Assembly: GCA_044225505.1 (NCBI GenBank)
Contig: JBGAIN010000058.1
Coordinates: 1-42,993 of the forward strand
Source of the DNA: Limisphaerales bacterium
GTDB taxonomy: Bacteria > Verrucomicrobiota > Verrucomicrobiia > Limisphaerales > SIBE01
Direction of reading: 5' to 3'
DNA: 42,993 nucleotides
Shown piece after piece: positions 7,994 through 17,531 of this stretch (position 1 is its first letter; each line of letters opens with the position of its first letter). A program made the translations under genes and the position numbers. A model generated the notes under the pieces. The model had not been told where the DNA came from. It saw only the letters and a program-made list of their open reading frames with translations, and made no database searches.

Positions 7994-8742
7994 ACAGTGC
8001 ATTTGGGAACATTAAGACGATCACTAAACGTGAGTTGAACGGGTATTTTTCATCGCCCGTGGCTTACGTGTTTATCGTGATCTTCTTGCTGCTGGTCGGG
8101 TTCTTCACCTTCATGTTGGGCTTCTTCTTCGAACGCGGCGAGGCTTCATTGCGAGATTCGTTTTTCCTTTGGCACCCTTGGCTTTATCTGTTCCTTGTTC
8201 CAGCCGTGGGAATGAGGCTTTGGTCAGAGGAACGCCGCCAGGGAACGATGGAACTGCTGCTCACCATGCCGATCACTTCCTGGCAAGCGATCGTCGGGAA
8301 GTTCCTTGCTTCCTGGATGTTCTTAGCCTTGGCCTTGGTGCTCACGTTCCCGGTGGTTTTGACGGTGAACTATTTGGGCCGCCCGGATAACGGGGTCATT
8401 TTCTGCGCTTATATCGGAAGCTGGCTTCTAGCCGGGGCGTACCTGGCGATCAGTTGCGCGACTTCTGCAATGACGCGGAACCAAGTGATTAGCTTCATCC
8501 TTTCCGTGGTCATCTGCTTGTTCCTGATTTTGGCCGGGTGGCCGCCGGTGACCCGAATGATTGAAAATCTGTCGGACAGTCCGCGCTTGGTGGAAGCGGT
8601 CGCGGCGTTCAGCGTTATGACCCATTTCGACGGATTTCAGAGAGGTGTTTTCAATACACGGGACGTGATCTTCTTTCTCGCGATGATCGGGTTCTCGTTG
8701 TTTACGACCAGTGTCATCATCCGAGCGCACCGCGTCGGCTAA
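7990..8742 (+). CDS. ABC-2 transporter permease (GldF-like)
   Basis: RELNGYFSSPVAY and MRLWSEERRQGTMELLLTMP motifs, six hydrophobic segments, ATGA overlap with the ATPase gene. Confidence 0.93.
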   Translation: MNSAFGNIKTITKRELNGYFSSPVAYVFIVIFLLLVGFFTFMLGFFFERGEASLRDSFFLWHPWLYLFLVPAVGMRLWSEERRQGTMELLLTMPITSWQAIVGKFLASWMFLALALVLTFPVVLTVNYLGRPDNGVIFCAYIGSWLLAGAYLAISCATSAMTRNQVISFILSVVICLFLILAGWPPVTRMIENLSDSPRLVEAVAAFSVMTHFDGFQRGVFNTRDVIFFLAMIGFSLFTTSVIIRAHRVG

Positions 8743-8770
8743 CCGGCTTTCAAAATTTATTCCATTCGCT

Positions 8771-10693
8771 ATGACACAGAAAAAACAGCTTGAAACGTTT
8801 CTGTTCTCCGCGGCCGGTATCGCCGTGATGTTTGTGATTGTGGTGGCCGTTTATATCATCGCTGGGGTGGTCAAGGCCCGTTTTGACCTCACTCAAGAGA
8901 AGCTCTATACGCTCTCGCCCGGCACCAAGGCGATCTTGCAGAAACTCGATACACCCGTCGAAATCCGATTTTACTGCACCCAGGATTCCAAAGAAATGCC
9001 CGTGCAATTGAAGACTTACGCCGAGCGCGTCGAAGATCTGCTCAACGAGTATAAAAAGAACTCTCGCGGGAACATTCAGCTTAAGAAACTCGATCCAAAG
9101 CCGGACTCCGACGCAGAGGACTCGGCGAATTTGGACGGCGTGGAGGGGGTGGCTCTGAACATGGCGTCCGACAAGGTTTACCTCGGATTGGCCATTAACC
9201 AATTGGATTCCAAAGTCGCGATTCCATTTCTTTCGCCGGAGCGGGAACGCCTGCTGGAATACGACATTTCACGCGCGGTTTCGCGTGTCACCTCTCCGGC
9301 CAAGCCTGTGATCGGCATCATGTCGCCGCTGCAGATCTTTGGTGAGTTTAATCCGATGATGGCTCGGATGGGTCAAATGCAGCGTCAGGATCCGTGGGTG
9401 GTTGTTTCCGAATTGAAGCGTGATTTTGATGTGAAACAAGTCGAGATGACCGTTGATCAGATCCCAGCGGACATTCGCGTCCTGGTCGTCGTCCATCCGA
9501 AAGGGATTACGGACAAAGCGCAGTATGCGATTGACCAATTCGTTTTGCGCGGCGGCAAGCTCATCGCCTTCCTCGATCCTTATTCCATCGTCGATAGTCG
9601 GAACACGCCGAACATGAACCCGATGCAGGCCGCGCAGATTCCCGGGTCGAATATGGAGAAGCTGCTCAAAGCGTGGGGGCTTACGTTTGACGCCAACAAA
9701 GTCATCGCAGACATGAACTATGTCACCCGGATCAATCGCGGAAACCGTCCCGAGTCCGCTCCGGCAGTCCTGTCGCTCACCGCGGATGCTTTGGACCGGA
9801 ACGACGTGGTGACGAGTGAAATCGATAATGCGCTCATTCCCTTTGCGGGAGTATTTACAGGCACACCAGCAGATGGGTTGAAAGAAACCGTTTTGATCAA
9901 GTCGAGCAAGGATTCTCAGTTGATCGAGCGTTTCATGGCGGAGTATTCCGGAGAACAAACGGTGAAGGATTTCGTTGCCTCGGGCAAAGAGCAGAACGTT
10001 GCGATTCGGTTGACTGGGAAGTTCAAGACCGCGTTTCCAGAAGGAAAACCGGCCGATGCTCCGGATAAAGACGACGCGAAAAAGGATGAGGCCAAGAAGG
10101 ACGCCGCTGGGACGGAGCCGTCTCTAAAGGAAGCGACCAGTGAAGGTGCGGTGATTCTGGTCGGCGACTCGGATTTTCTTTACGACCAGTTCGCGGTGCG
10201 CGTGCAGGAGTTCTTTGGACAACGGATTGTTCAACCACAGAACGGCAATCTGAATCTCGTGCAGAACATGGTGGAGCAGTTGGCTGGCGATAGCAACCTG
10301 ATCGCGGTGCGCAGCCGCGCGACGATGAATCGTCCGTTCACTTTAGTCAGGAAGATGCAAAATCAGGCGGAGGAACGTTATCGCAGCAAGATCAAGGATT
10401 TGGAAAAGAGCCTGACCGATGCTCAAACCAAGCTCAATGAACTGCAGAAGAATAAAGAGAGCGGGCAACGGTTCATCCTCTCGCAAGAGCAGCAGGCCGA
10501 AATCAAAAACTTCCAGAAGAAACAAGCGGACGTGAAAAAGGAGCTCAAAGAAGTCCGAAAGAACCTTCGTCAGGATATTGACTCGCTGGAGAACCGTTTG
10601 AAATGGCTGAACATCGCGGGCATGCCACTGCTGGTGGCGGTGTCTGGCGTATCCTTAGCTTTAATCAAGAAGAAGAAAACGGCGGCAAAATGA
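8771..10693 (+). CDS. GldG-family ABC auxiliary protein
   Basis: DLTQEKLYTLSPGT, LEYDISRAV, IDQFVLRGG and GDSDF motifs, a coiled-coil C-terminus and terminal TM helices. Confidence 0.9.
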   Translation: MTQKKQLETFLFSAAGIAVMFVIVVAVYIIAGVVKARFDLTQEKLYTLSPGTKAILQKLDTPVEIRFYCTQDSKEMPVQLKTYAERVEDLLNEYKKNSRGNIQLKKLDPKPDSDAEDSANLDGVEGVALNMASDKVYLGLAINQLDSKVAIPFLSPERERLLEYDISRAVSRVTSPAKPVIGIMSPLQIFGEFNPMMARMGQMQRQDPWVVVSELKRDFDVKQVEMTVDQIPADIRVLVVVHPKGITDKAQYAIDQFVLRGGKLIAFLDPYSIVDSRNTPNMNPMQAAQIPGSNMEKLLKAWGLTFDANKVIADMNYVTRINRGNRPESAPAVLSLTADALDRNDVVTSEIDNALIPFAGVFTGTPADGLKETVLIKSSKDSQLIERFMAEYSGEQTVKDFVASGKEQNVAIRLTGKFKTAFPEGKPADAPDKDDAKKDEAKKDAAGTEPSLKEATSEGAVILVGDSDFLYDQFAVRVQEFFGQRIVQPQNGNLNLVQNMVEQLAGDSNLIAVRSRATMNRPFTLVRKMQNQAEERYRSKIKDLEKSLTDAQTKLNELQKNKESGQRFILSQEQQAEIKNFQKKQADVKKELKEVRKNLRQDIDSLENRLKWLNIAGMPLLVAVSGVSLALIKKKKTAAK

Positions 10694-11979
10694 ATCGGAA
10701 ACAACTTACCATTCTCGTTGTCTTGGGCTTGATTATCGGGGGCTTAGGCGTTGTCCTTTATAATCAGCGCGCTGCGTCGTGGAAAGAGACCGACGCGGCT
10801 ATGGGACAAAAAATCCTCAAGGATTTTCCACTGAACGACATCACCCGCATCCGAATCAAGCAGACGGACGGTGAACTCACTCTAGCCAAGGTGGATGATA
10901 CCTGGACTGTAAAAGAGCGCTGGAATTACCCAGCAAACTTTTCCGAAGTTGGCGACCTGTTGCGCAAGCTTTGGGATTTGAAGGCCGTCCAGACACTTAA
11001 AGTCGGCCCGTCACAGTATGGCCGGCTTCAATTGCTGTCGCCCGCTACCGAAAAGGGGAATACCAACACCGCAACGCTCCTGGAAGTGCACGATAAAGGG
11101 GACAAAGTCGTCCGCTCTATCTTGTTAGGGAAGAAAGCAACGCGAAATTCGGAGAGCGCCTCGCCCTTTGGCGGTGGAGACTATCCCGTAGGTCGGTATG
11201 TCGCGTTGTCGGATAATCCGCAGGCCGTTTGGTTGACTTCAGAGACGTTGACCGACGTCGAGCCCAAAGCGGACCGCTGGTTGAACAAGGACTTTTTCAA
11301 AGTCGAGAAGCTCCGGAGCATCGCAGTGACCCACCCAGGCGGAACGAATTCCTGGAAGCTGACCCGAGAGAAAGAAGGTGGGGACCTCGAATTGCAGGAG
11401 AAAAACGCTGGTGAAGAGTTTGACAAGAACAAAGCGTACAGCGCGGGGAACGCCCTTTCCTATCCGAGCTTCAATGATGTCGTCGATCCCAGCAGCAAGG
11501 CTGAAGATCTGGGAATGGACCACGCCATCGTCGCGAAGTTGGAGACCTTTGATAATTTTGTCTACACGGTGCGGACAGTTAAAGCGAAGGGGACGAACGA
11601 TGAGAGCTATAGTCTGCAAGTGGCGGTGAACGCTGACCTCGTCAAGCAGCGTACGCCTGGCAAGGACGAGAAACCTGAAGACAAAGATAAACTCGACAAA
11701 GAATTCCAGGAAAAGCTCAAGAAGCTTGAAGACAAGCTGAAGCAGGAGAAGGGCTACGAGAAATGGACTTACGTCGTGTCGAAATGGACGATTGATCCGT
11801 TGCTCAAGGAACGGAAGGACTTGCTCGCCGACAAAAAGACGGAGGAGAAGAAAGCCGAAGGAACAGGGCTCCCGAAGCCAACGGAGCTGCCCGCCGCAGA
11901 TGCAGGGCTGTTGCCTGACAACCTTCTGCCGCCGCCGCTTCCTGCCAACAAGCCTGCGACGAAGCCAGCGGCCAAGTAA
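10690..11979 (+). CDS. DUF4340-type membrane-anchored periplasmic protein
   Basis: N-terminal TM anchor, WTVKERWNYPA motif, usual fourth gene of GldA/F/G-like operons, ATGA overlap. Confidence 0.8.
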   Translation: MNRKQLTILVVLGLIIGGLGVVLYNQRAASWKETDAAMGQKILKDFPLNDITRIRIKQTDGELTLAKVDDTWTVKERWNYPANFSEVGDLLRKLWDLKAVQTLKVGPSQYGRLQLLSPATEKGNTNTATLLEVHDKGDKVVRSILLGKKATRNSESASPFGGGDYPVGRYVALSDNPQAVWLTSETLTDVEPKADRWLNKDFFKVEKLRSIAVTHPGGTNSWKLTREKEGGDLELQEKNAGEEFDKNKAYSAGNALSYPSFNDVVDPSSKAEDLGMDHAIVAKLETFDNFVYTVRTVKAKGTNDESYSLQVAVNADLVKQRTPGKDEKPEDKDKLDKEFQEKLKKLEDKLKQEKGYEKWTYVVSKWTIDPLLKERKDLLADKKTEEKKAEGTGLPKPTELPAADAGLLPDNLLPPPLPANKPATKPAAK

Positions 11980-12294
11980 GGATTGCGTTACGCACTGCCG
12001 TTCATCCGGCCGCGGCAGCACGGCACCGGATCAAGAGCGTTCTGACCGCGGTCTGCGACCTTTCACCGCAACGCGGAGGGCTGCCGCAGCGCCAGCAACA
12101 ATGGGTGCGCGGACTTCCAGTGCGCAGGAACAGGCTACGCGCAGGGGAAACTGCGGATGATTCCAGGCGCCATCCGTCCGTCGAGGCTCCCAGCGGGATA
12201 AGTCCCGTGTTCCGATCGCTCCCCAATCAGAACCTAAACATCAACCATGGCCAGGATCGATCCACGGCGCATCGGGCTCGCCTGCAAAATCACT

Positions 12295-12323
12295 TTGACC
12301 AGAACGTCAACCGGCCTTAGATT
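12295..12323 (+). promoter_or_regulatory. Putative sigma-70 promoter
   Basis: TTGACC-17 nt-TAGATT, about 28 nt upstream of ATG 12352. Confidence 0.55.
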
Positions 12324-12351
12324 GCGGCTCGTACCCGTAATGACAATAACT

Positions 12352-12573
12352 ATGAAAAAACTAACGATTTGCCTGGCCGCGTTTGCCGTTGCCTCCGTTC
12401 TGACGCTTCAGGCAGGAGAGCAGTGCTGCAAAGAGAAAACAGCGACTACAGCTCAAACGAAAGCGGCCTGCAGCGCGAAGACAGAAACCGCATCGAAGTC
12501 TTGCTGCTCGGCGAAGAAAGTTGTCCGTCAGAATTTGGACATCAAAGGCGCCGCTCTGCTGGTGCGTCGATAA
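12352..12573 (+). CDS. Small secreted cysteine-rich protein (73 aa)
   Basis: Signal peptide MKKLTICLAAFAVASVLTLQA; mature part has CC...C...CC; flanked by a promoter and a terminator. Confidence 0.8.
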   Translation: MKKLTICLAAFAVASVLTLQAGEQCCKEKTATTAQTKAACSAKTETASKSCCSAKKVVRQNLDIKGAALLVRR

Positions 12574-12594
12574 GCATACCGTCAGATCTTTTCA

Positions 12595-12627
12595 GCCCGC
12601 ATGGCCAACGTGCGGGTTTTTGCTTTT
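12595..12627 (+). terminator. Intrinsic terminator
   Basis: GCCCGCAT-ggccaac-GTGCGGGT hairpin followed by TTTTGCTTTT. Confidence 0.7.
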
Positions 12628-12751
12628 CTACCCCTGCTTTACGAGACGCTTTGCGGCCTTCAACTATTTGGGGAAGGAGATGGCGCTGACCCAGGCGGAT
12701 TCGCTTTGATTTAGTGTTGCGTTCTCGGATGGAACGCGTTGACTTGCGGCT

Positions 12752-13786
12752 ATGAACAAGTTCCCGATGCATCGTCTCCTTTGGCTGCTTTGTGTTGCGA
12801 CATTCTTAAGCCTAAGAAGTTTCGCCCATTCGCCAGGCGAAGAGATGACCGAGGCGGCGACTCATTTCCTGGCGGCGCTCTCCCCGGAACAGCAAGCGAA
12901 ATGTCGCTTCGAGTTGAAGGAGGACGAACGCCTGAATTGGCATTTCATTCCACGCGCCCGGAAAGGACTTCCCTTAAAGGAACTCACGCCGGCGCAACGC
13001 AGCCTGGCTCACGGGCTGTTGGCGACGGGATTGAGTCAGCGAGGATTCCTAAAGGCAACCACCATCATTAGCCTTGAGGATATTTTGAAAGATCTCGAGC
13101 AGGGCAAAGGTCCTACGCGCGATCCAGAGCTCTATTACGTCAGCATCTTTGATAAACCAGCCCTGGATCACCCATGGGGATGGAGAATCGAAGGGCACCA
13201 TCTGTCGCTGAATTTTACGGTGACTGGGGCCGACCAAGTGTCCGTGACGCCGTCATTCATGGGGTCGAACCCGGCGGAAGTGCGATCGGGCCCTCGCAAG
13301 GGCTTGCGCGTGCTGGGAACCGAAGAAGACCTTGGGCGTCGGTTGGTGAAAACGCTGACGGAAGAGCAGAGGAAGGTTGCAGTTTATACGAACAGCGCTC
13401 CGAGCGATATCATTACAGCCGCCGATCGCAAAGCGCACTTCTTGAGCCCAGCCGGGTTGAATGCGAGCCAGATGAGTAAAGAACAGGTGGACCTGTTGCA
13501 GACGTTGATCAAAGAATACGTGTATCGCTACCGGGCAGAATTGGCGGATCAGGACTTGAAACGAATCCAGGCGGCTGGCTTGGAGAGACTCTCGTTCGCT
13601 TGGGCAGGGTCGACGGAGCCTGGCCAGGGCCATTATTATAGGGTGCAAGGTCCAAGCTTCCTGCTGGAGTACGACAACACGCAGAACAATGCCAACCATG
13701 CTCATACGGTATGGCGAGATTTGCAAAATGACTTCGGCGAAGACTTGCTGCGCAAACACTATGACCAGGACCATCACAGCCATTGA
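12752..13786 (+). CDS. DUF3500 domain protein, secreted
   Basis: Signal peptide and the motifs WHFIP, WGWRIEGHHLSLNF, YYRVQGPSFLLEYDNTQNNANHAHTVWRD. Confidence 0.88.
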   Translation: MNKFPMHRLLWLLCVATFLSLRSFAHSPGEEMTEAATHFLAALSPEQQAKCRFELKEDERLNWHFIPRARKGLPLKELTPAQRSLAHGLLATGLSQRGFLKATTIISLEDILKDLEQGKGPTRDPELYYVSIFDKPALDHPWGWRIEGHHLSLNFTVTGADQVSVTPSFMGSNPAEVRSGPRKGLRVLGTEEDLGRRLVKTLTEEQRKVAVYTNSAPSDIITAADRKAHFLSPAGLNASQMSKEQVDLLQTLIKEYVYRYRAELADQDLKRIQAAGLERLSFAWAGSTEPGQGHYYRVQGPSFLLEYDNTQNNANHAHTVWRDLQNDFGEDLLRKHYDQDHHSH

Positions 13787-13807
13787 GTGGCTGCAGCCCA
13801 CAGTTTC

Positions 13808-14944
13808 ATGACACTTCAGGCTGGTCAGCGGCTGGTCTTAACCGTTCACGATGTCGCTTTTGGCGGAGACGGAGTGGCCCGACTCGAAGACTTCGTTATC
13901 TTCATTCCGTTCGCTATTGCGGGTGAAGAGATCGAAGTTGAAGTTGTGGAGGTCAAAAAGCGTTTCGCCCGGGCGCGCTTGCTGCAGGTGCTAAAACCGT
14001 CGCTGGATCGCGTTCAGCCTGAATGCGTCTACTTCGGGGAGTGCGGCGGGTGTCAGTACCAGCACCTTCGCTACGCTGTTCAGTTGGAGGTGAAACACAA
14101 GCAAGTAGTGGACTTGATGGAGCGAATCGGCGGCTTAGACGCGGCCGTGGTTCGCCCGGCGGTGCCGTGTCCGCAGCCTTACGGATACCGGAACCGGATC
14201 ATGATCCGGAGCCAATGGGACAAGCCACGACAAGCGCTGAATATAGGTTTTATTCGGTATGATAACCGGCTGGTTGTCGATATCACGCAATGCCCGATCG
14301 CAGAACCGGCGATCAACGAGCAGATCACCCATGTCCGTGCTCATCCTCCGCCGAAGGGAGGTCTCAAGGTGGTGCTCCGAGTTCAACCTGAGGGATGGGA
14401 AGTTCCCAAGGATTCATTCTTCCAAAACAACTTCTTCTTGCTGCCGAAATTGGCCGAAGTCGTTCGAGATCGACTGCGGGCGAGTCAAATCCGGAAGTTG
14501 GTGGACGTATATTGCGGCGTGGGATTTTTTAGCCTGGAGGCGGCCGATCTGGTCGAATCGTTCGTGGGGATTGAACTGGACCATCGCGCGATTCGAGCGG
14601 CGCAGAGTAACGCGGCTCGCCGGGGCGTGACTCACGGCGAGTTTCTGGTGGGCCGGGCGGAAGAGCTTCTGCCGACTGTTCTGGAGCGGTTCGTCCCAGC
14701 CGAAACAGCCGTTGTGCTCGATCCGCCCCGAACGGGATGTCCGCCGGAAAGCTTGGAATTACTGCGTCGTTTGAAAATGGCTCAGGTGCTTTACATCTCG
14801 TGCCACCCAGCGACGCTGGCGCGCGATCTCCGCATTCTCACGGCCGACGGACTATTCCGGGTAGATAGCATTACGCCGCTCGACATGTTTCCACAGACGC
14901 AACATGTCGAGTGTGTTGCTGATGTGCGATTGGTTTCGACTTGA
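13808..14944 (+). CDS. RNA m5U methyltransferase, RlmD/TrmA family with TRAM domain
   Basis: TRAM N-terminus, CVYFGECGGC Fe-S motif, FFQNN, DVYCGVG, LDPPRTG, YISCHP (catalytic Cys), DMFPQTQHVE. Confidence 0.92.
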   Translation: MTLQAGQRLVLTVHDVAFGGDGVARLEDFVIFIPFAIAGEEIEVEVVEVKKRFARARLLQVLKPSLDRVQPECVYFGECGGCQYQHLRYAVQLEVKHKQVVDLMERIGGLDAAVVRPAVPCPQPYGYRNRIMIRSQWDKPRQALNIGFIRYDNRLVVDITQCPIAEPAINEQITHVRAHPPPKGGLKVVLRVQPEGWEVPKDSFFQNNFFLLPKLAEVVRDRLRASQIRKLVDVYCGVGFFSLEAADLVESFVGIELDHRAIRAAQSNAARRGVTHGEFLVGRAEELLPTVLERFVPAETAVVLDPPRTGCPPESLELLRRLKMAQVLYISCHPATLARDLRILTADGLFRVDSITPLDMFPQTQHVECVADVRLVST

Positions 14945-14960
14945 GCCTGCGTGGCGGGCG

Positions 14961-15836
14961 CTATTCCTTCAGAATCGCCAGGAACTGCTTCATTGCCGGG
15001 GAGAGAACTTTATTCTTTTTGTAAATAGCGGCAAGCGGTCGGAAGAATTCGGCGTCCTCAAAGCCCACAGCGGTCAGGGTTTGCTTTGAAACTTCCTGGA
15101 CCACTGTTCCCTGCGGAACGACGGAGATTCCCGCATCAATTTCCACAGCGCGCTTGACCGTTTCAATATTGTCGAACTCCATCACGTTCTGGACCGCGAT
15201 GTTGTGATCCTTGAAGATCTTATCAATGGCTTTTCGGGTCGGGATGTCCGGCTCGAATCCAATGAATTTCTGCCCGGCAATATCGCCCAGTTTGATGCTC
15301 TTCGACTTCGCGAGGGCATTTTGCGGATGACAAATCATGACCAGTTTGTCTTTGCGCAAGGGGACGACTTCAAGTTTGCCGTCTTTGGTCGGATAGGCTA
15401 CGAGTCCCATGTCAACAACGTTGCCTAGCACATCTTCATAGACCTGGTTGGAGCGCCGATACTCGACGTGCACGTTGACCGTCGGATAGCTCTTCAGAAA
15501 TTTCTTGATGTAAGGCGGTAGATCATGCAACCCGACGCTGTAGATCGTGGCGATCCGAATCGTTCCCGAGATGATGTCCTTGATCTCTTGCAGTTTGCTG
15601 TGGAGCGAGTCGTAGGTCTGAATGATCTGTTTGCTGTATTCGTAGAGGACTTGCCCTTCTCGCGTGAGCCGGAATTTCTTTTTGCTGCGTTCAATCAAGA
15701 GCGACTTGAACTGCCGTTCCAGAGAACTGATCTGCTGGCTGACCGCAGACTGCGTCACTTGATTGATTTGAGCAGCTTTGGTGAAGCTTTCTGTTTCGGC
15801 GAGATCGCAAAAGACTTTCAGACTTTCGATTTGCAT
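14961..15836 (-). CDS. LysR-family transcriptional regulator
   Basis: SFTKAAQINQVTQSAVSQQISSLE helix-turn-helix plus substrate-binding domain. ATG at 15836. Confidence 0.95.
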   Translation of the reverse strand: MQIESLKVFCDLAETESFTKAAQINQVTQSAVSQQISSLERQFKSLLIERSKKKFRLTREGQVLYEYSKQIIQTYDSLHSKLQEIKDIISGTIRIATIYSVGLHDLPPYIKKFLKSYPTVNVHVEYRRSNQVYEDVLGNVVDMGLVAYPTKDGKLEVVPLRKDKLVMICHPQNALAKSKSIKLGDIAGQKFIGFEPDIPTRKAIDKIFKDHNIAVQNVMEFDNIETVKRAVEIDAGISVVPQGTVVQEVSKQTLTAVGFEDAEFFRPLAAIYKKNKVLSPAMKQFLAILKE

Positions 15837-15872
15837 TAGCAAATGGAATAGCGAAATCGGTCCGAAGTCAAT

Positions 15873-17402
15873 CTAGGATGCATTCGAATCGGTCAGGGCC
15901 TGTTTCACCTTCCGAAGCAGGTCCAGACTCGTGAACGGCTTTTGAAGATAAAGCTCTTCGTTATGAGACTTCAAGGCGCGCGAATAGCCGCTCGAACAGA
16001 TAATTCTCACATTCGGCGAGATCTTGCGCAGCCGCTCGATGACTTCCCGTCCGCTCATCTTGGGCATGACAAGGTCGGTGATCACGAGATCAATGTCGTT
16101 CAAGCGAGCTGTAAATAGTTCGATCGCTTTGTGGCCGCCGTTTGCGGTTAAGACCTGGTAACCGAACGAGGAGAGGACCATATCACCCATCGTCAGCAGC
16201 ATTTCCTCGTCGTCGATGATCAAGATCGTTTCAGAACCGTTCAAGTCGTCCGTGGCCAGCGCTTGATCTCGGACGATCTTGCGTTGGGCTGGCAGGTAAA
16301 CGCGAACCTTGGTCCCTTGGCCAGTCAGACTCGACACCGCGACGCTCCCGCCATGATTGGTAACAATGCCGTAGACCCACGCCAGACCTAAGCCTCGGTG
16401 GTTTGGGGAAGCTTTGGTGGTGAAGAACGGCTCGAAAATGCGTGGCAGGACGTCGGGAGCAATGCCGCTGCCCGAGTCTTCGAATTCGACGCAAACGTAG
16501 CAGCCCTGCGCCAGGCGTATGTTACCGTCCTGGACGGACTCGACCACATCTTGATTGCGTGTTCGGACCAGCATCTTTCCTCCGGGCATGGACGCTTGGA
16601 GTGCGTTATCGAGAATCTTCGCAAACGCCTGCTGCATCTTGGCTTCATCGTAGGTCACGGTATACAGCCTGGGCTCGAGCTGAAGCGCCCAGGCCAGGGT
16701 GGGGCTCCCTGGCGTCTGAAACAACTCGACGGTTCGACGAACGAGTTCATTTAGGTTGCCCACCACCTGGGAGCGGACCTCCTTTTCTTGTCCGCTGAAG
16801 GCGGCAAGATCCGACGCTACCTCAGCTGCTTTCTCGGCCGACTTTTCGACTTCGACAAGGGAGTTCCGCCACGGATGGTTTGGTTCCATCTTGCTCAGAA
16901 CCAGGGAGGTGTGACCGAGAATGCTGGTTAGCGCGTTATTGAAATCCAGAGCCACTGTTCTCGTGAGCTGGAGAGCGCAGTCCAGCTTTTGTTTCTGCCC
17001 CAAGCTTCCATCCAGGACGAGGGGAGATTCCACTTCCATTCCGGCTCGCACGGAAGGGATTGCCAGTGATGGAGGCGAGAAGAACTGGAGGAGGATCCTG
17101 GTCTGACCGCGGTCTTGAAAGTGACACCGCCAAAGTTGAAATTCGGCGGCCCGACCGTCTTTGAGGCGAAGCTTACCGATGACCGGGTCGACTCCATTCG
17201 CTCGAAGCCAAGCTGAACACTGATCCAGCGAAAGGCTGGCTTCCTCAATCCAAATCGTCTGGAGTGTGGCTCCGTCCGATTTAACCGGCGGCCCAAACAC
17301 TTCGATGGCGGCGGCATTGGACGACAGAATCGACCCGGAAAAGCTCAAGGCCAAAACTGGCCAACTGGCGTTGGTCAAAGGTACGAAAGAATCGCCGTTC
17401 AT
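15873..17402 (-). CDS. Hybrid sensor kinase/receiver (PAS-like, HisKA-like, HATPase, REC) lacking the H-box His
   Basis: VALDFNNALT H-box, DSGSGI and IFEPFFTTK boxes, receiver ILIIDDE...DLVITDLVMPKMSG...LQKPF. Confidence 0.9.
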   Translation of the reverse strand: MNGDSFVPLTNASWPVLALSFSGSILSSNAAAIEVFGPPVKSDGATLQTIWIEEASLSLDQCSAWLRANGVDPVIGKLRLKDGRAAEFQLWRCHFQDRGQTRILLQFFSPPSLAIPSVRAGMEVESPLVLDGSLGQKQKLDCALQLTRTVALDFNNALTSILGHTSLVLSKMEPNHPWRNSLVEVEKSAEKAAEVASDLAAFSGQEKEVRSQVVGNLNELVRRTVELFQTPGSPTLAWALQLEPRLYTVTYDEAKMQQAFAKILDNALQASMPGGKMLVRTRNQDVVESVQDGNIRLAQGCYVCVEFEDSGSGIAPDVLPRIFEPFFTTKASPNHRGLGLAWVYGIVTNHGGSVAVSSLTGQGTKVRVYLPAQRKIVRDQALATDDLNGSETILIIDDEEMLLTMGDMVLSSFGYQVLTANGGHKAIELFTARLNDIDLVITDLVMPKMSGREVIERLRKISPNVRIICSSGYSRALKSHNEELYLQKPFTSLDLLRKVKQALTDSNAS

Positions 17403-17420
17403 GCACTTACCGAAACCTTA

Positions 17421-17448
17421 ATTCTAGTTTGGACTGACCTAATCTCAA
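17421..17448 (-). promoter_or_regulatory. Putative sigma-70 promoter of the kinase-LysR pair
   Basis: Minus strand TTGAGA-16 nt-TAGAAT, ending about 19 nt before ATG 17402. Confidence 0.55.
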
Positions 17449-17531
17449 ACTGAAAAAAATTGCAGCGATTGTCATTACTTCGGGGCTTTGACCGCCCTGG
17501 GTATCGGCTAAGAACAGAACAGGGCGGTTCG

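Noticed and set aside
6944..12021. Long minus-strand ORFs (6944..7714, 9269..9958, 11239..12021)
   Set aside because: Antisense to clear ABC-operon genes, with no domain signal.
17491..17528. Inverted repeat ACCGCCCTG...CAGGGCGGT after the PEP-CTERM gene
   Set aside because: Long loop and no adjacent U-tract; at most an mRNA-end hairpin.
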